Assembly (NCBI GenBank): GCA_934277695.1
Contig: CAKQVG010000003.1
Location: 109,496 to 173,495, forward strand
Reading direction: 5' to 3'
From: an uncultured Clostridia bacterium
GTDB taxonomy: Bacteria > Bacillota > Clostridia > Peptostreptococcales > Anaerovoracaceae
DNA length: 64,000 nt
Below are positions 1 to 9,058 of the stretch, piece by piece. Made by a program: the position numbers and the translations under genes. Below the pieces are notes generated by a model. The model did not search any database and was not told the origin of the DNA. It saw only the letters and a list, made by a program, of their open reading frames with translations. Each line of letters opens with the position of its first letter. Position 1 is the stretch's first letter.

Positions 1-647
1 TGTTCGCTCTTTTCTTCTTCTCCGCCGATGTAAGGAATGATATTTTCCACCATTTCCGGCCACGACTTGAAGTCCTTGCCGGCTCCGGAAATTGCCTGAT
101 AAGTCGTGATGACACATTCATACGGCTCAAACTCTTTCCATGCGTCCAAAGCCGGAACATAGCTCTGAATCGAGCAGTTTGGCTTAACTGCGATGAAACC
201 GCGCTTCGTGCCCAGGCGTTTTTTCTGATGTTCGATTACCTCGAAATGCTGCGGGTTAATCTCCGGAATTACCATCGGAACATCCGGTGTCCAGCGATGC
301 GCACTGTTATTTGAAACAACCGGAGTTTCGGTCTTTGCATAAGCTTCTTCGATTGCCTTTATTTCATCCTTGCTCATGTCAACGGCACTGAATACGAAAT
401 CCACGGTTTCTGCAACCTTTTCGACCTCATTTACATTCATTACGGTAATGTTCTTTACAGCTTCCGGCATCGGTGTATCCATCTTCCATCTGCCTTCTAC
501 GGCTTTTTCATAAGGAAGCCCCGCGCTTCTTCCGCTTGCCGCCAATGTCACAACCTCAAACCATGGGTGATTTTCCAAAAGCGCGATAAACCGCTGTCCG
601 ACCATGCCTGTTGCTCCAAGTATTCCCACTCTTAATTTTTCACTCAT
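1..647 (-). CDS. asd: Aspartate-semialdehyde dehydrogenase, N-terminal part (C-terminus lies outside the window)
   Basis: My translation of the minus strand from the ATG at 645-647 gives MSEKLRVGILGATGMVGQRF (Rossmann GxxGxxG). It continues through SNNSAHR, KPNCS (active-site Cys context) and QAISGAG. The ORF runs off the left edge. Confidence 0.88.
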   Translation of the reverse strand, partial: MSEKLRVGILGATGMVGQRFIALLENHPWFEVVTLAASGRSAGLPYEKAVEGRWKMDTPMPEAVKNITVMNVNEVEKVAETVDFVFSAVDMSKDEIKAIEEAYAKTETPVVSNNSAHRWTPDVPMVIPEINPQHFEVIEHQKKRLGTKRGFIAVKPNCSIQSYVPALDAWKEFEPYECVITTYQAISGAGKDFKSWPEMVENIIPYIGGEEEKSE

Positions 648-741
648 TTTTCTACCCTCTCTATCCTTATATTTCTAATATTTTGATACTCTTATCCATA
701 ATATTCTATAACAATTTATTGTACCACCTTTTCGCGTGTAT

Positions 742-771
742 TTCAACAAAATAGCGTATGCTTCATATAAT
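742..771 (+). promoter_or_regulatory. Possible sigmaA promoter for dapA (TTCAAC-18 nt-TATAAT)
   Basis: The hexamers sit at 742-747 and 766-771 in the asd/dapA divergent intergenic region. Motif match only. Confidence 0.3.
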
Positions 772-809
772 AATTTAACGAATTTTTTAAAAAAACGGAG
801 GTGATTTTT

Positions 810-1688
810 TTGACATTGTTTAAAGGTGCGGCAACCGCCCTGATAACTCCGTTTAAAGACGGCAAAATCGACTATGTTTCCATGGGAAAACTTATAGAAT
901 GGCAGATTTCGCAGGGAATCGACGCCCTTGTAGTCTGCGGAACCACCGGAGAGGCTTCTACTCTCTCCAAAAAAGAAAAACTTGAACTTACGAAATTCAC
1001 CATAGATTTGACGGCCGGACGCGTTCCTGTCATCGCAGGCACCGGCGGAAACTGCACAGAAAGCACCCTTGAACTTACAAAGGAGGTTGAAGCGCTCGGT
1101 GCGGACGGACTTCTCATCATTACCCCATACTACAACAAGTGTACCGAAAACGGTTTGATTTCTCACTTTGAAAAAATTGCAAACGCCGTAACAACACCGA
1201 TTATCATGTACTCTGTCCCGTCCAGAACGGGTGTAAATATGACATCCGAAGCCGTGGACATATTGAAGGAACACCCGAACATAATCGGATTGAAGGAGGC
1301 TTCCGGAAACATTTCGCAGATATGTAAAATGGCAATGCATATCCGTGATAATTTCAACATTTACTCCGGAAATGACGACCAAACCGTACCCATCCTGTCG
1401 CTCGGCGGCATGGGCTGCATTTCAACGGTTTCCAATATTATCCCTGCGCGCTACAGTCTGATGATACATGATTTTCTTGATGGAAAGGTTACAGATGCGG
1501 GTCTCGAACAGGTCGCTCTCAAACCTTTGATTGATGTGATTTTCAGTGAGGTAAACCCGATTCCGATTAAGGCCGCGCTGAATATGATGGGAAAATGCGG
1601 GCTGGAATACAGACTCCCGCTCTGCCCTCCGAGCAGCAAAACGCAGTATGCATTATATGACGAGCTGCGTAATTATGGCATACTGTAA
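810..1688 (+). CDS. dapA: 4-hydroxy-tetrahydrodipicolinate synthase
   Basis: The ORF track lists 801-1688. The product has the typical DapA N-terminus (KGAATALITPFKDG, VVCGTTGE) and length. GGAGG at 797-801 favours the in-frame TTG at 810 over the GTG at 801. Confidence 0.9.
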   Translation: MTLFKGAATALITPFKDGKIDYVSMGKLIEWQISQGIDALVVCGTTGEASTLSKKEKLELTKFTIDLTAGRVPVIAGTGGNCTESTLELTKEVEALGADGLLIITPYYNKCTENGLISHFEKIANAVTTPIIMYSVPSRTGVNMTSEAVDILKEHPNIIGLKEASGNISQICKMAMHIRDNFNIYSGNDDQTVPILSLGGMGCISTVSNIIPARYSLMIHDFLDGKVTDAGLEQVALKPLIDVIFSEVNPIPIKAALNMMGKCGLEYRLPLCPPSSKTQYALYDELRNYGIL

Positions 1689-1703
1689 ACGGCTGTATTA
1701 CAA

Positions 1704-1729
1704 AACGGCAGACTGTTAAGTCTGCCGTT
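1704..1729 (-). terminator. Intrinsic terminator downstream of rpmF
   Basis: A 10-11 bp hairpin AACGGCAGAC(T)/(A)GTCTGCCGTT is followed on the minus strand by TTTTG. It lies between the convergent dapA and rpmF genes. Confidence 0.55.
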
Positions 1730-1749
1730 AAAGTCATTCCGTTATGAAA

Positions 1750-1932
1750 TTACGCTTCAGTTGCTACAACTTCTTTTCCGTCATAGTAGTTGCAGTTCGG
1801 GCAAACTCTATGTGGAAGTTTCGGTTCGTGGCACTGTGGACAAATTGCTAATCCAGGTGCTGTCTTCTTCATATTCGGTGATCTTCTCTTATCTCTTCTA
1901 GCTTTAGAAGTTCTTCGTTTAGGTACTGCCAT
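1750..1932 (-). CDS. rpmF: 50S ribosomal protein L32
   Basis: [17 protein letters not shown] plus a CPxC...CPxC zinc ribbon. The start is taken at the internal ATG (1930-1932) that gives the canonical 60-aa protein. Confidence 0.95.
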   Translation of the reverse strand: MAVPKRRTSKARRDKRRSPNMKKTAPGLAICPQCHEPKLPHRVCPNCNYYDGKEVVATEA

Positions 1933-1996
1933 ATCGTAACACCTCCCTCGTGAGTATTTCCATATATTAATCCTCAATAATCGTCAACTATTAGAG

Positions 1997-2024
1997 TATA
2001 TACTGAAATTACATCATTTGTCAA
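1997..2024 (-). promoter_or_regulatory. Possible sigmaA promoter for rpmF (TTGACA-16 nt-TATATA)
   Basis: On the minus strand the -35 element is at 2024-2019 and the -10 element at 2002-1997. Motif match only. Confidence 0.35.
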
Positions 2025-2090
2025 CAGGAAATTTCAATATATTGTGCATATTTTGAGGATTTTCTGATAATTCGTCAATTCTGTGACAAA

Positions 2091-3293
2091 TTATTTGAGG
2101 CCTCTTACGATATTGTAAGTATCTCTTGCAATCATGAGCTCTTCGTTAGTCGGAACGAGGAGAATTTTAACTCTGGAATCGTCCATGGAGATAATTTTTT
2201 CCTTACCTCTTACCTTATTCTTAACAAGGTCAAGCTTAATTCCGAGGTTGCCCATTTCGTTGCAGATGAGTTCTCTCATTGGCACGTCGTTTTCGCCAAC
2301 GCCTGCAGTGAATACGATTGCGTCAACGCCGTTCATTTCAGCGATGTAAGCACCGATGTAGAATTTAACCTTATGTGCGAATACTTTGAGTGCAAGAGCC
2401 GCTCTTTCGTTTCCTTCAGCAACTGCTTCTTCAAGATCTCTGAAGTCACTGGATACGCCGGAAATGCCGAGTACGCCGGATTTCTTGTTCAGGATTTCGT
2501 TTGCCTTGCCCTGCGGAAGACCTTCTTTTTCTCTGATGAATGTAACGATAGCCGGGTCGATGTCACCGGATCTTGTTCCCATTACGAGACCTTCAAGCGG
2601 TGTGAATCCCATGGATGTATCGATACATTTACCTCTCTTGATTGCGGATACGGAAGCACCGTTTCCAAGGTGGCAAGTGATAATCTTCAAATCATCAAGG
2701 TTTACATTCAGCATCTGAGCAGCCTTTTCTGCTACATATTTATGAGAAGTTCCGTGGAAACCGTATCTTCTGATTCCGTACTTTGTATAGTATTCATACG
2801 GAAGTGCATAAATGTAGGATTCAGGCGGCATTGTCTGGTGGAACGCTGTATCGAAAACACCTACCATCGGAGTTGTCGGCATCAGTTCCTTGCAGGCTGC
2901 GATACCTAAAAGGTTAGGTGGGTTGTGAAGCGGAGCGAGTTCTACGCATTCTTCCAGAGCCTTTACAACATCGTCTGTGATTAAAACGGATGATGCATAT
3001 TTTTCGCCTGCGTGAACAACTCTGTGTCCTACAGCTCCGAGTTCGTCCATGGACTTGATTACACCGTGTTTCGGATCCTGAATTGCTGCGAGAACCTGAG
3101 CGATCGCATCTTTGTGATCCTTCATTGGAACTTCATTCTTAATCTTCTCCTGTCCAATCTTTTCGTGACCGATTACGGAACCTTCCATACCGATTCTTTC
3201 AACCAAACCTTTGCAAAGCAGATTTTCGTTTGTCATATCAAGAACCTGATATTTTAATGAAGAGCTGCCGCAGTTAATTACTAAAACTTTCAT
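2091..3293 (-). CDS. ackA: Acetate kinase
   Basis: A 400-aa ORF with [24 protein letters not shown]-like, HLGNGAS and TNEE motifs. Confidence 0.95.
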   Translation of the reverse strand: MKVLVINCGSSSLKYQVLDMTNENLLCKGLVERIGMEGSVIGHEKIGQEKIKNEVPMKDHKDAIAQVLAAIQDPKHGVIKSMDELGAVGHRVVHAGEKYASSVLITDDVVKALEECVELAPLHNPPNLLGIAACKELMPTTPMVGVFDTAFHQTMPPESYIYALPYEYYTKYGIRRYGFHGTSHKYVAEKAAQMLNVNLDDLKIITCHLGNGASVSAIKRGKCIDTSMGFTPLEGLVMGTRSGDIDPAIVTFIREKEGLPQGKANEILNKKSGVLGISGVSSDFRDLEEAVAEGNERAALALKVFAHKVKFYIGAYIAEMNGVDAIVFTAGVGENDVPMRELICNEMGNLGIKLDLVKNKVRGKEKIISMDDSRVKILLVPTNEELMIARDTYNIVRGLK

Positions 3294-3439
3294 TTTTTTC
3301 CTCCGTATATTAAAATTTTACAAATTGATTAACAAATTCAAGCAATTAATTATACACCTTAAAAATCTCTATTTCAATGGGGTTTTAGTAAAATAAAGTT
3401 TTAACAATCCTGCAGCCTCCTTCGTATAATATCCTTTCG

Positions 3440-4255
3440 TCAATTACTTAAAACCATATTTTGGTTATGCAGTTCATTTTTTGCATCAAGCAGAAGATTT
3501 CTGAGAAAAAGTTCAAGATATTCTGTTGTTTCGTGGATGCCATTTTTTAAGTCGTTGTAGTTTGCTCTGACAAGGGCATTTCTGAAATACCACGCATTTT
3601 CCGCAAAAATATCATTTGTCACATCAAATCCCAGCGTTTTCAGATATTTTATGAAAAAGACAGCGGTTGTTCTTGTATTGCCTTCCCCGAAAACATGAAT
3701 CTGCCATAATCTTGAGACAAAAATTGCGAGGTGCCGGATTATCTCATCCATACTGAGACCTTTGTAGTCAAATTTCTTTTCTTCAGAAAAATCATATTCT
3801 AAAGTTGCCCGAAGTTCGGATGAGCTCCCGTATAACACAGTTGCGCCGTCAAGAACCCATTCTTTTTTCGTAATATTGTAATCTCGCAGTCTTCCGGCAT
3901 GCTTGTAAATCCCTATAAAAAGTTTTTTATGAATGGAAATATATTCATTCGGTGTAAAAGAAAAAGCTTTTTCTGATAATAACTTAGCTATTCTTAGGGA
4001 AACTTTATCCGCTTCCTCGGTTCTGTCCTGCCCGTCCTTTCCGGAGTTCTGCTCATAGTAAGTGTTTAATAACTCTTGGGCATCCTCAATTGATATTTTA
4101 CCTTCGATATTTTTAATTGCAGTGTCAATCAGATATTTGGACGGTCTTAGCCCGTCCACAGACTGCAGTCCGATAGCTGTGTGCCAAGCATAGCCTTTTT
4201 CTCTTATGCTCGGTTCCGATTGTTTTATATAGTCTTTAAATGGATCTCTGTGCAT
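3440..4255 (-). CDS. Fic/Fido-domain protein with a non-canonical active-site motif
   Basis: A 271-aa ORF with an AGGAG RBS. Its motif HVFGEGNTRTT deviates from the canonical HxFx(D/E)GNGRxxR (Gly to Thr, final Arg to Thr). The gene starts 21 nt downstream of the preceding gene. Confidence 0.8.
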   Translation of the reverse strand: MHRDPFKDYIKQSEPSIREKGYAWHTAIGLQSVDGLRPSKYLIDTAIKNIEGKISIEDAQELLNTYYEQNSGKDGQDRTEEADKVSLRIAKLLSEKAFSFTPNEYISIHKKLFIGIYKHAGRLRDYNITKKEWVLDGATVLYGSSSELRATLEYDFSEEKKFDYKGLSMDEIIRHLAIFVSRLWQIHVFGEGNTRTTAVFFIKYLKTLGFDVTNDIFAENAWYFRNALVRANYNDLKNGIHETTEYLELFLRNLLLDAKNELHNQNMVLSN

Positions 4256-4276
4256 CTTTTCTCCTTGTCGAAATGT

Positions 4277-5890
4277 TTATCTTTGAAATGGCATCGAAGT
4301 TGAATGGATATCCTTACGATAAAGATTAATCCGCAGACCGATTCCCATGTCAATAAACTCCGGTTCCTCCAATCCGTATTCGCGCATGCTCTCCATCAGC
4401 TTCGGAATTCCGCTTCCCCACGCCTCAATCATATTCATATACAGAAAGGCATGCGCCAGTGCGCGGTTTCGAATCTTCGAATAGCCTTCTTTCATTCGTT
4501 CTATCGTCACACCCGGAAGCAGTCCTCCCGGCGAGGTAATTTCCAGTCGGTCATCATAAACCGCAACCTGTATATGAGAATTTTGGAGAAAGCTGCAGTT
4601 CATTACGGCATTGATAATCAGTTCCCGTATGCTGTCCGGCGGCAGCTCGTAGATGTCCTGCCTGTAGATTCCTTCAATCCTCGCGCCTAGGCGGATATTT
4701 CGCAGTGCAAACTGAAACGCATCCTCAATCTGCTGCCAAAGCGGCCCGGTATATTCCCTTTTATCAACGAAGACGGCCCTGCTTTTTCCTTTAAACATCC
4801 CACATTGAATTTGTGAAAGGAATTGGTCTTTTCCCTGCAGGAAAATATATCCGTTGGTCGGGTGGATGCAACCATCCTCATCTTCTGCGAGAAGTCCCCA
4901 ACTGAGAAGCTGATTCTTCGTCAAATCCTTTACCGCAGCCTTCTGCGCTTCGGTCTTAGCATTCGCAATTGCGACCTGCTTCATCTGCCTGCATAACTCT
5001 TGTATTTCTTCTTCTGTAACAGTCAGATCTCTTCGGATTACGCAATCGTAAGAGCGGCTCTCATCTTCATAATACATTTCTTTCGCCAGTTCTCTGCCTG
5101 CAGGCCTTGAGGTTCCTGCCACACGAATATAGGTTCCTTCTGTGATTCCCTTTGACTTGATATAATACGGCCTTTGTTTTCCGGGGCTGATTTCCACCAC
5201 GATGATTGTCTTCTCTTCAATCGTCTGCAGGTATACATCGGGAATAACCATAGGTTCACAGCTATCGGAAATGGCAGAAGTAATTGCATCCATTTCTGCG
5301 AAAACATCGTCCTTTGGAATGCCGACCACATCTCGCGTCTTATCATCCACACCAAAAATAATTTTTCCACCCTCTCCATTAGAAAAAGCGATTACCGTTT
5401 TCATGTATTTCAAACTGTCCTTTGGTCGTTCAACCTTGTACTCTATGTTCTTTGATTCTCCTGCAAGCAGCTCTCCACTATCATGCTCAGTCTTTGATTC
5501 TTTGTAATAGAAATCCCGAGTATCTTCCCGCACCATGGATGCCGTGTGATAAAAATTCTTCTCAACCATATTCTGCAGCGCATTTTCCACGACACTGTTT
5601 AGACTCATGTTATTGTTCAACCCATACAACGCAGCCTCCCGGTGAAGGTTCTCAGAAACCCTTACATTAAAAGTCCCTTTATACGCCTTCTCCGGCTCTG
5701 TTCCCGCCTCACTGCAGTCCGCAAGGTAAGAGTCTACTGCTTCGTGAAAGTTGCGAATCAAACTGCGTACATCTTCCCCTGTATACGATATGTTCTTTCT
5801 GATTCCCAAAACATTCCCGAAAAAACATTCTTTCGCTTCCGAAAACTCTACGGAGCCGATGTAATCTCTATATTTCATTGTATTTTTCAT
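4277..5890 (-). CDS. Fusion protein: HicB-like antitoxin domain, AlbA_2 (Schlafen-type) domain and HATPase_c_4/wHTH putative regulator
   Basis: A 537-aa ORF with a GGAGGGG RBS. The N-terminal ~105 aa show the HicB pattern (KYRDYIGSVEF...EPEKAYKGTFNVRVSENLHREA). The middle has ESKNIEYK...AFSNGEGGKIIFGV (AlbA_2). The C-terminus has ELIINAV...LEITSPGGL...WGSGI (HATPase_c_4 type). Confidence 0.75.
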   Translation of the reverse strand: MKNTMKYRDYIGSVEFSEAKECFFGNVLGIRKNISYTGEDVRSLIRNFHEAVDSYLADCSEAGTEPEKAYKGTFNVRVSENLHREAALYGLNNNMSLNSVVENALQNMVEKNFYHTASMVREDTRDFYYKESKTEHDSGELLAGESKNIEYKVERPKDSLKYMKTVIAFSNGEGGKIIFGVDDKTRDVVGIPKDDVFAEMDAITSAISDSCEPMVIPDVYLQTIEEKTIIVVEISPGKQRPYYIKSKGITEGTYIRVAGTSRPAGRELAKEMYYEDESRSYDCVIRRDLTVTEEEIQELCRQMKQVAIANAKTEAQKAAVKDLTKNQLLSWGLLAEDEDGCIHPTNGYIFLQGKDQFLSQIQCGMFKGKSRAVFVDKREYTGPLWQQIEDAFQFALRNIRLGARIEGIYRQDIYELPPDSIRELIINAVMNCSFLQNSHIQVAVYDDRLEITSPGGLLPGVTIERMKEGYSKIRNRALAHAFLYMNMIEAWGSGIPKLMESMREYGLEEPEFIDMGIGLRINLYRKDIHSTSMPFQR

Positions 5891-5989
5891 CCGAATCCCC
5901 TCCGATGTATCGTTATTTCTCTCTGTCTGTTTTGTCCTGATAAAATTATATCACCCCTAAAGAAAAATTGCAACTATAAATAGTTGCAA

Positions 5990-7714
5990 TTAACATTCCG
6001 TAAAAACTCTTTCCATCGGTCTATCCCATGCATCTGCCGGAACCTTTTGTACCCGCTGGCACTCAAAAGCTGCCGCAGCAATGCGGGCATTGACGCATAA
6101 AGGCAGAAAACGGTCGTAGTATCCGGCTCCCATTCCCATGCGATTGCCCTCTTCATCAAACACCGTGCATGGACAAATCACCATGTCAATCTTCTCAGGT
6201 AGAATGAGTTCTGATTTTTCACGGACAGGTTCAAGGATGCCGTAGTGCCCCTTTTCCCATGCTTCATCAGAGCTTGGGTGAAGGGCAATCATTTCGGTTT
6301 TCGATATGCATAAAGGGTATACGGCGGTTTTCCCGTATTCCTGCATGAGTTCTTCCAGACGCTGCAGCCGCACTTCACCACGGACGGCTTTGTAAATCAT
6401 GATGACCTGCGCCCTGCGGAAAACATCCCATTCTGCAATCTTCTCACAAATAATAGCGGAGCGTCTGTTTCTTTCTTCTTTATCCATTGCATCTCTGGCA
6501 GCGATTCCGCGACGGCGGATTTCCTGCCTCCTCTCCATCCGAAACGGCATTTTCACATAATCCGAATTTGCATAGAGGTCATGTCCGCAGGCAAGATTAT
6601 ATATGTCCCCCGCCAAAACATCTTTTTCCAGCGTTTCTTTAATCTCAGGATACAGTTCCGCTTCCTTGTTTATGTTCGTCAAAACTGGAAGCTTGCAGCT
6701 TTCCGACTTTTTAAGTTCTTTCAAATATTGACTTCCTTTCTCGTCAAAAGCCAGCACGCGGATATAGTTCCGTGCGTTTTTCACATCCTCACGCTGCACG
6801 CCGAGCAGTGTCATCGCAAGCAGCCTTGTGATGCGCGTTCTCGTGTAGCGTTTGGATTTGAGGTCCTCAATCAGCTCGTCCATGTTCTTCCAATAGCGCA
6901 CGCTTGCCTTCATTTTGTTGCCAAGCCCCTCTTCCGCGCCGAAGATCTGATTTAATTCTTCATTTGAACTGAGCAGAATTTTTTCGCGCAGCAGCGGAAA
7001 CAGCTTGTCCTCGTCAGCAAACCTTGCCGAAGATTCCGTGAGTATTTCCCGGGTAATGCCGGAAACAAAATGGGAAATATCCTCGCTGCCTGCAAGCATC
7101 TTCCGTATTCCTGTCGCAGAAGCCATATCTTCTTTTGCGGTAAGTTCATGGTAGCCGCTTCCCTGCCTCTTCACTGTGATTGGCTGCGCGGATTTTATAA
7201 ATCGTAGATATTCCAATGCAAGCAGGTTATTCGGCGTGCTTAAAACTTCCGAAGCTTCCTCCCCAAGCAGTGCAGTGACAGCCTCATGGCGGGCCCTCGG
7301 ATATGTCAACCCTTTTTTCACTCCCTTTTTAATTGTCTCTTCCATTTCCGAGCGATGCGCCTCTGTTTCCCGGGAAATTTTCTGCAGCAGCGCGATATTT
7401 CCCGACTCGCTCCCGAAAGAAATAAAATCGCATCCCAGATTCTCCAGAATCTCCACGCCTCCGCGTGCGAAGTATCCTGCATTGTTGCACGCAAAGAGAA
7501 ACGGCATTTCCACGACCAGATTCACACCGTTTCTGACTGCAGTTTCCGCCCGTGTCCACTTGTCAAGAAGCGCAGGCTCGCCTCGCTGCGTAAAATTGCC
7601 GCTAATCACCGCGATGCTGATTTCTGCTCCCGTTTCCTTTAGTGAACGCTGTAAATGATATTGATGCCCGTTATGAAACGGATTGTACTCGGCAATGATT
7701 CCGACACTTCTCAT
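5990..7714 (-). CDS. tmcAL: Fusion of tRNA(Met) cytidine acetate ligase (TmcAL/YlbM family) and 5-formyltetrahydrofolate cyclo-ligase
   Basis: A 574-aa ORF. The N-terminus GIIAEYNPFHNGHQYHL is the YlbM/TmcAL HxGH nucleotidyltransferase signature. The C-terminal ~185 aa carry the MTHFS pattern (GILEP...IDMVICPCTVFDEEGNRMGMGAGYYDRFL). Confidence 0.8.
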   Translation of the reverse strand: MRSVGIIAEYNPFHNGHQYHLQRSLKETGAEISIAVISGNFTQRGEPALLDKWTRAETAVRNGVNLVVEMPFLFACNNAGYFARGGVEILENLGCDFISFGSESGNIALLQKISRETEAHRSEMEETIKKGVKKGLTYPRARHEAVTALLGEEASEVLSTPNNLLALEYLRFIKSAQPITVKRQGSGYHELTAKEDMASATGIRKMLAGSEDISHFVSGITREILTESSARFADEDKLFPLLREKILLSSNEELNQIFGAEEGLGNKMKASVRYWKNMDELIEDLKSKRYTRTRITRLLAMTLLGVQREDVKNARNYIRVLAFDEKGSQYLKELKKSESCKLPVLTNINKEAELYPEIKETLEKDVLAGDIYNLACGHDLYANSDYVKMPFRMERRQEIRRRGIAARDAMDKEERNRRSAIICEKIAEWDVFRRAQVIMIYKAVRGEVRLQRLEELMQEYGKTAVYPLCISKTEMIALHPSSDEAWEKGHYGILEPVREKSELILPEKIDMVICPCTVFDEEGNRMGMGAGYYDRFLPLCVNARIAAAAFECQRVQKVPADAWDRPMERVFTEC

Positions 7715-7762
7715 TTTTTCCTCCCGTGCTTTGCTGCTAAAATCCGCATTTTCCTCTTATTA

Positions 7763-8704
7763 TTATAACACAGCCCAAGAAAGAATAACAGAAATAATTC
7801 CGGCCAGAAGGCCATGCGTCAGCTTGATTTTCAGAATGGTTCCCGCACGGATTCCGCTTCCCGAAGTCATGGAGATCGACTGCCCCACTACCGAAAGACC
7901 TCCGAAAGAAACGACAAAGGATATGAGTGCGGTTTTAAGGCTCAGGTTGATGTCGCAGAGGCTGATCATGTTCGAGCCTGCGGTCATCTCGAGTAATCCT
8001 TTCAAAACCGATGAAACGGTTTCGTTGTTTATCATTTCGAAAAGCCCGGCAGCCTCGAGAAGATCGATTGCAATCATGAAGAGAATTAAATATGCAAGAA
8101 TTACTGCCATCGCTTTGAACCCTGCGGAAATTGCCGCCGTGAAATTCTCCAGCGGGGCTACCTGCCGATTTGCAGAGCTTACGCCGCGGCTTCGCATTTC
8201 ATCCGTGCCGATTCGATTATCAGAGCCTTTTCTTTTTTGCCTTTTCGGTTTCCGGTAAAGCAGTCCGTTTACTGCCGCACCCATGTAATGTGCCGCAGCT
8301 GCCACACCCGCCGCCTTGTAGCTTCCCAAAAAAGCTCCGATCGTGCCGATAATGAACGCAGGACCTGTAATAAGACTGTAGCTTAGAACCTCTTCCGCCT
8401 CCTCACGGCCAAGCCTGCCGCTTGAAACAAGGTCTGATACAACTTTTGCCCCGACAGGGTATCCCGACAAAAACGCAATAATAAACGGATACACCCGCTT
8501 AGGCAGCATTTCGGGGTTTCCCGTCCGCTTTATGAAATCCGCAAAGATAAAAAACGGCAGCAAAATCGGCACGATGGAATTTGCCCATATGATAATCGCG
8601 GTTTTGGAGCCGGATTCGGTTATATCCGGAAAAATCACCATCGCCGCAGCAAAAAACACGGCTGTCGCAAGTATGAAATTGGTACTGAATTTATTCTTAT
8701 CCAT
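7763..8704 (-). CDS. ylbJ: Polytopic membrane protein, YlbJ-like (nucleoside-recognition/sporulation integral membrane protein family)
   Basis: A 313-aa ORF with multiple hydrophobic helices. It resembles YlbJ and sits next to the ylbM-family gene, as in Bacillus. Confidence 0.65.
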   Translation of the reverse strand: MDKNKFSTNFILATAVFFAAAMVIFPDITESGSKTAIIIWANSIVPILLPFFIFADFIKRTGNPEMLPKRVYPFIIAFLSGYPVGAKVVSDLVSSGRLGREEAEEVLSYSLITGPAFIIGTIGAFLGSYKAAGVAAAAHYMGAAVNGLLYRKPKRQKRKGSDNRIGTDEMRSRGVSSANRQVAPLENFTAAISAGFKAMAVILAYLILFMIAIDLLEAAGLFEMINNETVSSVLKGLLEMTAGSNMISLCDINLSLKTALISFVVSFGGLSVVGQSISMTSGSGIRAGTILKIKLTHGLLAGIISVILSWAVL

Positions 8705-8743
8705 GTAACCAATCTATGCGGAAGCCGTGAAATTATCACCATC

Positions 8744-9004
8744 TTAGAACAGGCCGCCGAAAAGACCGCCGTTTCCGTTATTATCGTTGTTGCAGAACAA
8801 TAAGTATATTACCACAATCAGAATGATCAGCCAGATTCCGCTGCTGTTCCCGTCATTGCAAGAACACGGTGGTTTTGGCGGCGGGCAGCACGGGTCACAC
8901 GGCGGACAGCACGGCTCCGGCGGCGGGCAAGGCGGCGGACAGGAATGCTGTGGCGGGCAAGGCGGCGGGCAGCATTTTTGTTTTCTTTCAAATTGTTCTC
9001 CCAT
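8744..9004 (-). CDS. Small Cys/Pro-rich protein with a C-terminal transmembrane helix
   Basis: The ORF track lists 8744-9034. GGAGG at 9017-9013 lies 8 nt upstream of the internal ATG at 9004, giving MGEQFERKQKCCPPPCPP... (86 aa). There are 16 Cys and 24 Pro within about 45 residues, followed by IWLIILIVVIYLLF. Confidence 0.55.
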   Translation of the reverse strand: MGEQFERKQKCCPPPCPPQHSCPPPCPPPEPCCPPCDPCCPPPKPPCSCNDGNSSGIWLIILIVVIYLLFCNNDNNGNGGLFGGLF

Positions 9005-9058
9005 AAGAAAAACCTCCATACTATTTTTTATCATAATATGCAGGTTCTGCCTAAAACG

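Noticed and set aside
648-809. A lysine (L-box) riboswitch between asd and dapA.
   Set aside because: The untranslated leaders are far too short for an L-box of about 180 nt, and none of its conserved helices or motifs is visible.
675-1382. A 235-aa minus-strand ORF overlapping dapA.
   Set aside because: It is antisense to a well-supported dapA frame, matches no recognisable family and has an odd composition.
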